Assembly: GCA_964444665.1 (NCBI GenBank)
Contig: CAYUIE010000008.1
Span: 17,163 to 81,162 of the forward strand
Reading direction: 5' to 3'
Origin: an uncultured Pirellulales bacterium
GTDB lineage: Bacteria > Planctomycetota > Phycisphaerae > Sedimentisphaerales > CAYZTY01
Length of the DNA stretch: 64,000 nucleotides
Both the position numbers and the translations under genes were made by a program. Below the pieces are notes generated by a model, which did no database searches, was not told the origin of the DNA, and was given only the letters and a program-made list of their open reading frames with translations. Positions 27,921 to 36,900 of the stretch are shown piece by piece (the first letter of the stretch is position 1; each line of letters opens with the position of its first letter).

Positions 27921-29729
27921 ATGAGAAAACAAATTCTAATAGCGGCAGTATCGATGTTAATCTTTTTTCAGCCTGCTTATGCCGAGCAGGCAAGTCAGGA
28001 AGTTGTCGGCAAGGTATCAGAGGTCATAGTTTATCGAGGTCAGGCATTAGTCTGCCGGAAAATTGAAGTTAAGCCGCCCAACGATAATTTGGAACTTGTT
28101 GTGCGAAACCTCCCCGAAAAAATCATACCTGAAAGTCTTTACGCACAAGCTTCAGATGATGCGACAGTAACAAGCGTACGCTATCGTAAAAAAGAAGTGG
28201 AAGAAGACACACGCGAAGAAGTCAAGCAACTGGAAGCTGATATTGAAAAAGCCGAACTCCAGCTTCGTCATGCACAAGCCAACCGCAAAATAATCCAGAG
28301 ACATATGGATACAATCACTCAACTTCAGAACTTTACCATTACGGCTCAGGGCCATGACCTGAACCGAGGTTTACTGAAGTTTGAGCCTTTAGAGAACTTT
28401 GTAAGTCTGGCTGAGACAAAACGCAACGAATACCACAACAGTACATTAAAGCTGGAGGATGAAGTTATCGAGCTGAACAAGGAACTGGGGCTGTTGCGAA
28501 AGAAGCTGCAAAAACTTCAGGCTGGACGCAGCCGGATAGAACGAGAAGCAGTACTTGTTATAAAAAATCCAGGTAATAAGAAAGCCGATATTTATTTGAA
28601 ATATTTAGTAAGAGACGCAAGCTGGCTGCCGCAGTACAATCTTCGCGCCAATCAGAGTCCCTCCAAGGTCTCCATCGAGTACAACGCAATAATACATCAG
28701 GCCAGTGGGGAAGACTGGGAGAATGTTGTATTGAGTCTTTCAACCGCTCAGCCCGCAATGGCGGCAGGAGCGCCAATCCTGGAGCCTATAAAGGTGGACC
28801 TCTCCAAGGTTGGAGGAGGATATTGGGGGCGGCTAAGAGCAAGAAAGGCGGCAAAAGAACAAAAAGAGAATTTATTCGAATACGATAAAAGTGCATATAG
28901 AGACCTTAGCCAGGAGTTTAACAGGCTGCAAAGCCAGCGTCAGGAAATGGGCAGAAAAGGTGTAGCAGCGCAAAGCACGCTAAGCAAAGTAGCCTTAGAC
29001 AACCAGATGATGGAATTACAGGCGGATAAGGCTGCTTTAAAAGTGATGAAAAAGGAGGCAAGGCGATTTGCCCGCACGGAGGGAGTAAGCGTTACGTATG
29101 AGCTGGGCGGCGGATTGACGATGCCCAGCCGAAGCGACCAGCAACTGGTAACTATAGCTGCTTTCGAGGCCAAAGCTGATTTTCTAATGATAGGTACCCC
29201 CCTGATGACAGATTATGTCTATCTGCAGGCTGATATAATCAATGACAGCGATGTTATATTGCTGGCCGGTCCGGCCAGTATGTATCGCGATGTCGAATTC
29301 GTCGGCAAAGGCCGAATTGAAATGGTTACTATCGGTGAGAAATTCACGGCGGGCTTCGGGGTAGATAGTCAGGTGAAAATTTCAAGAGAATTCAAAGACA
29401 AGAAGGTCGATACCCTTTGGGGCAACAGGGTGGAAAAATATGACTATCGAATAGCCATCGACAATTACAAGAACATTCCAGTTAAACTTCGACTGCTGGA
29501 AAGGATACCTTATACCGAAAACGAAGAACTGGAAATTACAGGCTTCGAAACAAACGTTTCGCTCAGTACGGATAAAGAATATCTTAGAACCGAGAAAGAC
29601 AAGGGGATTTTACGGTGGGATTTGACCTTGAAGCCCGCTACAGTAGAAGAAAAGGCTACGATAGTAACCTACAGCTACAGTATGAAATACGATAATGATA
29701 TGCATATTCATTCATTGCCCGGACGGTGA
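27921..29729 (+). CDS. Secreted DUF4139/DUF4140-like (MuiA-type) protein
   Basis: Signal peptide then V..V.VY...A.V.R-type N-terminal beta segment, central coiled coil, and long C-terminal beta domain. The family call is from overall pattern memory, not a search. Confidence 0.45.
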   Translation: MRKQILIAAVSMLIFFQPAYAEQASQEVVGKVSEVIVYRGQALVCRKIEVKPPNDNLELVVRNLPEKIIPESLYAQASDDATVTSVRYRKKEVEEDTREEVKQLEADIEKAELQLRHAQANRKIIQRHMDTITQLQNFTITAQGHDLNRGLLKFEPLENFVSLAETKRNEYHNSTLKLEDEVIELNKELGLLRKKLQKLQAGRSRIEREAVLVIKNPGNKKADIYLKYLVRDASWLPQYNLRANQSPSKVSIEYNAIIHQASGEDWENVVLSLSTAQPAMAAGAPILEPIKVDLSKVGGGYWGRLRARKAAKEQKENLFEYDKSAYRDLSQEFNRLQSQRQEMGRKGVAAQSTLSKVALDNQMMELQADKAALKVMKKEARRFARTEGVSVTYELGGGLTMPSRSDQQLVTIAAFEAKADFLMIGTPLMTDYVYLQADIINDSDVILLAGPASMYRDVEFVGKGRIEMVTIGEKFTAGFGVDSQVKISREFKDKKVDTLWGNRVEKYDYRIAIDNYKNIPVKLRLLERIPYTENEELEITGFETNVSLSTDKEYLRTEKDKGILRWDLTLKPATVEEKATIVTYSYSMKYDNDMHIHSLPGR

Positions 29730-29743
29730 ATCTGAGAGCTTTT

Positions 29744-31063
29744 ATGAGTGAAGTTTTGATAAAAAACGGTCAGGTTATAGACCCGGCAAATGGTGTCAAT
29801 AAAAACTGCGATGTACTTATCATCGACGGCAAGATTGCAGAGGTCGGCAAGAAGATGGAAGCCTTCCCTGAACAAAGCCGAAGGGACAGAGGACAGAAGA
29901 CAGAAAAGGAAAGAAAAATAATTGATGCTACCGGTAAATTAGTAACGCCGGGCCTGATTGATATTCACGTTCACTTTCGTGAGCCGGGTGACGAGGAAGA
30001 AGAAACAATAGCAAGCGGCTCGGCAACAGCTGTTGCCGGTGGATTTACTTCGGTGGTTTGTATGCCGAATACAAACCCACCCATCGAAAATGAAACCGAT
30101 GTCGAATATATCCACCGAAAGGCCAGGCAGGCCAGAAAAACTCACGTCTATACAATGGGAGCTATCACAAAAGGCCGAGAGGGAGTCGAGCTTGCAGAGA
30201 TGGGATTTATGATTGATGCAGGGGCCGTCGGTTTTACCGACGACGGCAGAGGCGTACAGGACCCGGCAGTAATGCTGCGGGCTTTGAAATACGCGGCGAT
30301 GTTTGATGTGGTAATTGCCCAACATTGCCAGGACAACAGGATTTCCGGCAACGGCGTGATGAACGCCGGCTACTATTCGACGATATTAGGACTGCCGGGA
30401 TTAGACCACTTAGCCGAAGAAGCGATGCTGTGGCGGGATATACAATTAGTCAAAAAGACCGGCGTGCGTTACCATGCCCAGCATATATCAACGGCCGGGT
30501 CGGTTGAATTGATAAAAGCCGCCAAGAAAAATTCTTTGCCGATTACCTGTGAGGTGACACCGCACCATTTACTTTTAACCGAAGAGTGCTGCGCAGAATA
30601 TGATACCAACTACAAAGTCAATCCCCCCTTGCGAAGAAACCAGGATATAAAGGCACTGAAAAAAGCAATTGCAGAAGGTCTGGTTGATGCGCTGGCCAGT
30701 GACCATGCGCCACATCTGCAAAGTGAAAAAGAGCTCGAATTTCTGGCCGCTCCGTTCGGTATCTCCGGCCTCGAGTGCGCGCTGGGCCTTTATATTAAGG
30801 CGCTCATTGAGCCGGGTATACTCGATTGGCCGGGGCTGATTTCACTGATGACCGAAAGGCCGGCCAAAATAATCGGCATCGATAAAGGCACACTCAGCAA
30901 AGGTAAACAAGGCGACGTTACAATTATTGACCCCAATGCCGAGTACACAATCGACGTAAAAAAATTCCACTCCAAAAGCAGAAACTGTCCCTATCACGGC
31001 TGGAAGGTCAAAGGCAAGGTCGAAAAGACAATCGTCGGCGGCGAGGTAAGATTCGAAGCATAA
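29744..31063 (+). CDS. pyrC: Dihydroorotase
   Basis: MSEVLIKNGQVIDP, GLIDIHVHFREPG, ASDHAPH. An alternative GTG start at 29726 overlaps the upstream stop. Confidence 0.9.
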   Translation: MSEVLIKNGQVIDPANGVNKNCDVLIIDGKIAEVGKKMEAFPEQSRRDRGQKTEKERKIIDATGKLVTPGLIDIHVHFREPGDEEEETIASGSATAVAGGFTSVVCMPNTNPPIENETDVEYIHRKARQARKTHVYTMGAITKGREGVELAEMGFMIDAGAVGFTDDGRGVQDPAVMLRALKYAAMFDVVIAQHCQDNRISGNGVMNAGYYSTILGLPGLDHLAEEAMLWRDIQLVKKTGVRYHAQHISTAGSVELIKAAKKNSLPITCEVTPHHLLLTEECCAEYDTNYKVNPPLRRNQDIKALKKAIAEGLVDALASDHAPHLQSEKELEFLAAPFGISGLECALGLYIKALIEPGILDWPGLISLMTERPAKIIGIDKGTLSKGKQGDVTIIDPNAEYTIDVKKFHSKSRNCPYHGWKVKGKVEKTIVGGEVRFEA

Positions 31064-31121
31064 GATGCTTGATATTTGTGTGGGGCTGTCTTCTGTTTTC
31101 CGCTCTGCAGGAATTCACTTT

Positions 31122-31149
31122 TTGATAAAATCGGCTTTTATGATATAAT
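31122..31149 (+). promoter_or_regulatory. Candidate promoter of rnpB
   Basis: TTGATA (31122-31127), 16-nt spacer, TATAAT (31144-31149). The first P1 nucleotide is 7 nt downstream. Confidence 0.6.
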
Positions 31150-31155
31150 CTATTA

Positions 31156-31631
31156 ATGAGTGGGTCGGGCGGTCGCTCCGCATTTATTGCGGGGAGGAAA
31201 GTCCGAGCAGGACAGGGCACGGTGGTGGCTAACGGCCACCTCCCGATATATCGGGACGGGAAAGTGCCACAGAAAATACACAGCCGATGGCCCGAAGCGT
31301 CCGGGCACAGGCAAAGGTGAAAAGGTGCGGTAAGAGCGCACCGCGGTGACGGTGACGTCGCCGGCAGGGTAAACCCCACCGCCTGCAAGACCAAATAGCT
31401 GGTTGCTCGGCCCGGGCACACGCCAGCGGGTAGGTCGCTTCCCGCTTCGTCGGGAGAGCCGGTCGGCAACGGCCGGTCAAGATAAATGGCCGCCATCTCG
31501 CACCTATTTTGAGAGTACAGTGAAAATCTTGATATTAGAGCTTTGATAAAATTTTAGCCTTATTCGCCAACTCGACGCTGGATTCTCAAAATAGGTGCGG
31601 GATACAGAACTCGGCTTACAGACCCACTCAT
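31156..31631 (+). ncRNA. rnpB: RNase P RNA, bacterial type A, with a large extra hairpin between P2(3') and P4(3')
   Basis: 11-bp P1 (ATGAGTGGGTC 31156-31166 / GACCCACTCAT 31621-31631), P4 strands GAGGAAAGTCCGAGC and ACAGAACTCGGCTTA, GGTAAGAGCGCACC and AGATAAATGGCCGCC consensus blocks. 476 nt. Confidence 0.93.
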
Positions 31632-31803
31632 TTTAATTGATAATTTATTATTTATTATTGATTATTAAGTATTAAGTTCTCTCAACAGCCATTGTTTCAA
31701 CATTTATTATTCCATCCTGGGAATACCTGTCGATAAATAAGTATGAGCCCTTATCTGTTAATAATTAGCCACAATGGAATAATAAAAGGTCTTTAAAAGC
31801 TTT

Positions 31804-31831
31804 TTGACAACAAAAGTTGCAGTGGTATAAT
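31804..31831 (+). promoter_or_regulatory. Near-consensus promoter for the TPR lipoprotein-lspA operon
   Basis: TTGACA (31804-31809), 16-nt spacer, TGgTATAAT extended -10 (-10 hexamer at 31826-31831). Confidence 0.6.
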
Positions 31832-31881
31832 ATAGCCCCAAGTTGAATCGGCCGTCTCAAAGATATTGAGGGATAAAACAT

Positions 31882-32871
31882 ATGCAAAGCTCGCTGGGCA
31901 GCCGCAGCGCTATTATGGTGTGCATTGCCATTGGAATGCTGTTTTTCGTCGGATGTGCTCAACGACAAAAGGCGGTAGATATGTATGTTGACGCGGTGAT
32001 GCTAAGAGAGATAAATGAGACCGAAAAGGCGGTTGGCAAACTTAATTCCGCAGTCGATCTGAATCCGAAATTCTCACTGGCCTATTCGCTCCTCGGCGAT
32101 ATCCACGAGGAAAGAAAGGAATACGAACAAAGCGCCGAATCGTATGAGAAAGCGACCGAGCTAAACGCCTGGTCGTTCCACGACTTTTTCAATCTCGGGC
32201 GCGTCAGACAGATTTTAAAAGACTTTGTCAGGGCCGTTACGGCTTATACCAGAGCCTGTGAGCTTCAGCCCAGTCATATGGAGGCGCACCTGAACATCTC
32301 GAAATGCTACCTGGAGCTTAAAGACCTTGAGAACGCGCTGCTGTACGGACAAACAGCAAAAGAGATTGACCCGAATGTGGCCGAGATAGAAAAAACGCTG
32401 GGACAGATATATCAGGCCCAAATGGACTATCATCAGTCTATCACTTCCTATCGAAGAGCCCTCGAGCTTGAAGGCAATAATCCGGATATTATGAGGTTTC
32501 TGGCTGTATCGTATCTTAAGATAGAGCGTTATACCACGGCTAATGAATTGCTGCAGGAGTTGATGCGAATTGACCCAAACGACGGCGAAGCCTACCAGTA
32601 TTTGGGCTACTGCAACCTGAGACTCAAGCGGCTCGAAGAGGCGATAGATAGCTATAATCGTGCTATTCGGATCAACGAGAATGACTGGGCGGCATATAAG
32701 GGTTTAGGGGTGGCTTATATGCTCAGCGCAATTACAAACAAGGATGATGAGTTAAAGGAAAAAGCAATCGAGCAGTGGAATATTTCGCTGCAAATCAAGC
32801 CTGGGCAACCAAAGTTAGTTAAACTATTGCGAAAATACGAAGGAGACTTTCAGGGCCGGGCCGGTCGATGA
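31882..32871 (+). CDS. TPR-repeat lipoprotein
   Basis: Lipobox MLFFVG|C, followed by about 7 TPR-like 34-aa repeats (A..Y..A...P......LG..Y). Confidence 0.7.
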   Translation: MQSSLGSRSAIMVCIAIGMLFFVGCAQRQKAVDMYVDAVMLREINETEKAVGKLNSAVDLNPKFSLAYSLLGDIHEERKEYEQSAESYEKATELNAWSFHDFFNLGRVRQILKDFVRAVTAYTRACELQPSHMEAHLNISKCYLELKDLENALLYGQTAKEIDPNVAEIEKTLGQIYQAQMDYHQSITSYRRALELEGNNPDIMRFLAVSYLKIERYTTANELLQELMRIDPNDGEAYQYLGYCNLRLKRLEEAIDSYNRAIRINENDWAAYKGLGVAYMLSAITNKDDELKEKAIEQWNISLQIKPGQPKLVKLLRKYEGDFQGRAGR

Positions 32872-33470
32872 AAAACGGCATTAACGGCGGCTTAAACGTG
32901 ATGGACTCAAATACAGAAACACAGTCGGCCCGGCAGCAGCCGGGCGGTTTATTAAACACACTACCGGATTCCAAGACACACCTGATTTTCTGGCCGATTA
33001 CGGCGGCGGGCGTAATACTCGATTTATGGAGCAAGAAGGCGGCGTTCGAATACCTGCAGGACAAAGGCGGTCCCGTTTCTATTATAGGGGGTTTTCTACA
33101 ATTGAGGGCTCAGCAAAATCCCGGTGCAGCCTTCGGTATAGCAACCGGCCGACCGATATTACTAATATCGATTTCAATCATTGCGATGGTTGCGGTGCTT
33201 ATGCTTTTTCTATTCGGCAAAATTCAAAAAAAACTCCACTACATAGCGCTTGCCATGTTCAGTGCCGGTGTGCTTGGCAACCTTTATGACAGAGTTTTCA
33301 ACGACGGCTATGTCCGGGATTTCATTGATGTTTATTACCGGCATTGGCATTGGCCGACTTTCAATCTTGCCGACACTATGCTTTGTATCGCCATCGGGAT
33401 TCTGGTTATATCGAGCTTCTGCAAGCCTACTGATAAAGACTATCAAAAACGTGCTCTGCAACATAAATAG
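32868..33470 (+). CDS. lspA: Lipoprotein signal peptidase (signal peptidase II)
   Basis: QNPGAAFG, LGNLYDRV, FNLADTMLCIAIGILV. About 40-aa N-terminal extension. ATGA overlap with the upstream gene. Confidence 0.85.
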   Translation: MKNGINGGLNVMDSNTETQSARQQPGGLLNTLPDSKTHLIFWPITAAGVILDLWSKKAAFEYLQDKGGPVSIIGGFLQLRAQQNPGAAFGIATGRPILLISISIIAMVAVLMLFLFGKIQKKLHYIALAMFSAGVLGNLYDRVFNDGYVRDFIDVYYRHWHWPTFNLADTMLCIAIGILVISSFCKPTDKDYQKRALQHK

Positions 33471-33822
33471 GGATGCGTAAGGAGGCCCCTAGCGCGATGG
33501 CGTCTGACGGGCGGGAGTCGATCTCCACAAGCTTGCCATTGTAGCTTATATGTATCTTTGCATAGAATGTATGCCTGCGAAGGTCGTTGATTATGATTTT
33601 TTCGAGCTTGCCCCCCATATGTTTAATTACGCTCTCGAGCAGCTCGTGAGTCAAAGGTCGCGGTGGTTCAATTCCTTTCAAGCGACGGTCAATGGCGAAG
33701 ATTTCCGTGATTCCAATTACGATGGGAAAGCTGCGGTCGCCGTCTCGCTCCTTGAGGACTATTATTTGTTCGTCGGTACTCTCATTAATAATTATACGCG
33801 ACAGTTCAACTTCAATATCCAT
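33427..33822 (-). CDS. Bifunctional nuclease family protein (DUF151/BFN)
   Basis: RSFPIVIG..E...I.......PPRPLTHELL ... SRPSDAIALGA motifs. 131 aa. Confidence 0.75.
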   Translation of the reverse strand: MDIEVELSRIIINESTDEQIIVLKERDGDRSFPIVIGITEIFAIDRRLKGIEPPRPLTHELLESVIKHMGGKLEKIIINDLRRHTFYAKIHISYNGKLVEIDSRPSDAIALGASLRIPIYVAEHVFDSLYQ

Positions 33823-33928
33823 TTTTGCCCCGTATTTACATAAAACTACAGCGTTTACAATACTCCTCAGCCGTAAAAGCCGGTTTTCTCTTCCCGTTAT
33901 TACGCAGGATTTTCCTATTTGTTTTACA

Positions 33929-36900
33929 TTACGCCGTTAATTCTGCAAGGTGTTTTTCAATCGCTTTCAACTGTTCTGTCAACTCAGCCAGTCTATCCCT
34001 TGCCTGAGCAACAACTTCTGGCTTGGCTTTGGTAAGAAAATTTTTATTGGCCAGCCTGGTCTCCACGGCTGTCCTGGCTTTTTCTACTTCTTTCTTTTGC
34101 TTTTCCAACCGCCGTTGCTCAGCAACTGGGTCAATCATATCGTGAACATAAATCTGGGCCGTGTCCGCGATTGTAACAGCCGAGTTTGGGGGTTTTACAA
34201 TAGCTGCCCCCGCTCGAAATTCCTTTACTCCTGCTAACTGAAGTATCAGTTCTTCATTTTCACTTAAAACTTTTACATTTTCCTGACCAAGTTTTGCGGA
34301 TACTAACAACAACTCACTCTGTGGTTTATTATATTCACTTCTGACGTCTCTTATTGCCCGGATTACAGACTGGATAAGTGTAATTTGCTTTTCAGCATCC
34401 TCATCTCTCAGGTTTTCCAGGTCTCCCGGCCATTGGGCGATAACCAATGCATCAGATTTTTCTGCCTTGGCAAGGCCTTGAAGTTTTCTGACGGGAGCGA
34501 TTTCGTTTAGCTTCTGGAAAATTCCTTCGGTGATAAACGGCACAAACGGATGCAACAATCGCAGGCTCTGGTCCAGCACAAACGCCAGGACGTTTTGAGC
34601 AATCTGTCTTTGCTGCTTATCCTGCATTCTCGGCTTAGCCCATTCGAGATACCAGTCACAAAAATCATTCCAGAAAAACCGGTAAATCTGCGCCAAAGGC
34701 TCACTATATTTAAATTCATCCAATGATTCTGTTACCGCGGAAATAGTTTGCGCCAGGCGGGAGAGAATCCACCTGTCGGTAATCGTCATCTTTTCTTTAT
34801 CAAAGCCGGCCGGGTCGACGCCCTCAAGGTTCATCAGGGCAAAACGGGAAGCGTTCCAGAGCTTATTACAGAAGTTTCGGCCGATATCAAACTTGGGCGA
34901 TGTATTTACCGTCCGCCCGTCGGGCAGCTTCATTTTTTTCACCGGCATACGTACGTCCTGCGTCTGCGTAGTCATACTGGCCAGGGTAAAACGCATTGCG
35001 TCGGCGCCGTGGCTGTTGATTGCAACAAGCGGGTCGATGCCGTTGCCTAAGCTTTTAGACATCTTGCGTCCTTCGCCGTCCTGAATCATAGCGTGAATAA
35101 AAACGTCACTGAATGGAATATCGCCGATGCAATACTGGCCCATCATTAGCATACGCGATACCCACAGCGTGATAATCTCACGCGCAGTACAAAGCACATC
35201 ACCCGGATAGAAGGTTTTTAAATCATCTGTATCGTCCGGCCAGCCCATCGTGCTGAATGGCCAAAGCGCCGAACTAAACCAAGTATCCAAAACATCCTCA
35301 TCGCGATTCCAAACCTGTACATGCTTCTCAAACTCGGAGCAAGCCTTTCGTCTTTCTGGCACACCTGTAATACCCTCAACCCGTTTAATACGAGGAAACG
35401 CTTGCCCCGGCTTTATTGCGCCTATACCATCAGGGATGGAAAATAGAAACTTACCAACTAGATTGAGGATATCATCACCATCTGGCGTTTCGAGACATAC
35501 GTATCCAGTACACAATTCGCTTTTGGAAGCACAAACTCTGAAACCAATATCTTCGCGCCCAAAAGCACGCAATAAATCTTTAAGTGCGGTTTCAAATATT
35601 GGAGTTGGATTGGAATATTCGGAAGCACTTAAGTTGGCGCTTTTGAGTTCCATTTTCCAAATTGGTATTCTATGCCCCCACCAGAGCTGTCGGCTGATGG
35701 GCCAGTCGCGCAGGTTTTCCAGCCAGGCCTGGTAGGTTTTGGCATATCGCTCAGGGATAAACCGCAGTCGGCCGTCAAGCAGTGGTTTCAATGCCAGGCC
35801 GGCCAAGGAATTCACAGGTACATCAGTGCCCCTGATAAAATCTTCTTCAAGGCACAAGTCACGAGTCACGAGCGACGGAATCGGTTCCTTGACGGCGATA
35901 TACCACTGGTCGGACAGATACGGCTCGATAGGTACGTGGCTGCGATAACTATGGCCGACCTCGTGGGTGTATTCGCGAACATCATCGAGCAATTTTTCCG
36001 TTCGGAACCACTCGACGACGGCCTCGCGGGCCTCGAACCGGTCCATACCGATAAGATTTTCAACATCGGGATTTTTAATATCTTCCCAGTCCGTCCAGCC
36101 ATATTTGTCGCTGATGGAGCCGTCCGGCGCCATAACGTTTACGATTGGCAGACTATTTCGCTGGCCGATTTCCCAGTCGTCCGGGTCGTGAGCGGGCGTT
36201 ACCTTCAAAAAGCCGGTCGAGAATTTGGCCTTCTCATCTTCACCGTCAGGGTCGGGCAGCACAACATGCTCATCAGCAATTATAGGAATTATGCGTCCGA
36301 CAATCGGCAGCCGTACCATCTTACCCAGCAGATGTTTGGCTCGTGGATCGTTCGGATTCATTGCAACGGCCGTATCACCAAGCATCGTTTCGGGCCGGGT
36401 AGTAGCGACGGTAACGTGTGTTATTGTGGCACGGGCATCTTGCCCGTGTATCTTGCCTATCGCGTCCGGACTTACGCCAACCCACGCCCAATTTTCAAGT
36501 CCCGCCTTGGCAGGATTATTGAGGATATAGTCGACTTGGTGGTTAAAGTCTTCTTCTTCACGGATGATATGGTCGTAATATTCGTCTTGCCAGAACGACT
36601 CGTTGCGTCCCAGCAATTTATTGGCTTTGTTTGCCGTATACGATTTCCAGGAATGTAGTATGGTCGGTAATTCTTCTCCTGGGCGTGGTCTTATTACTGC
36701 GTGTACATGATTCGGCATAATCACCCATACAATCAGATCATATCGTTTGCCGTCAAAGTGCTTCAAGGCATTCTGAACCAACTCGGCAATCCTCGGATCT
36801 CGCAGATAGCATCGCCCATGTCCTGCGTTGAGAAACGACTCAACATGGTCACAATAGAGTCGCGTAAGCTCTCGTTGTTCCTTCGGTGTTGGCTCACGGC

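Noticed and set aside
31008-31496. Three overlapping minus-strand ORFs (83-162 aa)
   Set aside because: They overlap the RNase P RNA gene. The high GC and lack of stops here reflect structured RNA, not coding sequence.
31632-31680. AT-rich ATTGATAAT/ATTGATTATT motifs downstream of rnpB, and a similar one at 52588-52640, resembling a Fur box (GATAATGATAATCATTATC)
   Set aside because: The match to the Fur consensus is only partial, the sequence is low-complexity AT-rich, and the downstream genes (a TPR lipoprotein, a cyclophilin) have no obvious iron link. This cannot be distinguished from chance without genome-wide motif statistics.
35672-36658. 328-aa ORF on the plus strand, plus several other 60-160 aa plus-strand ORFs between 33950 and 37762
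   Set aside because: They are entirely antisense to the strongly supported valS reading frame, have no recognisable motifs and show Arg/Ser/Pro-rich shadow-frame composition.
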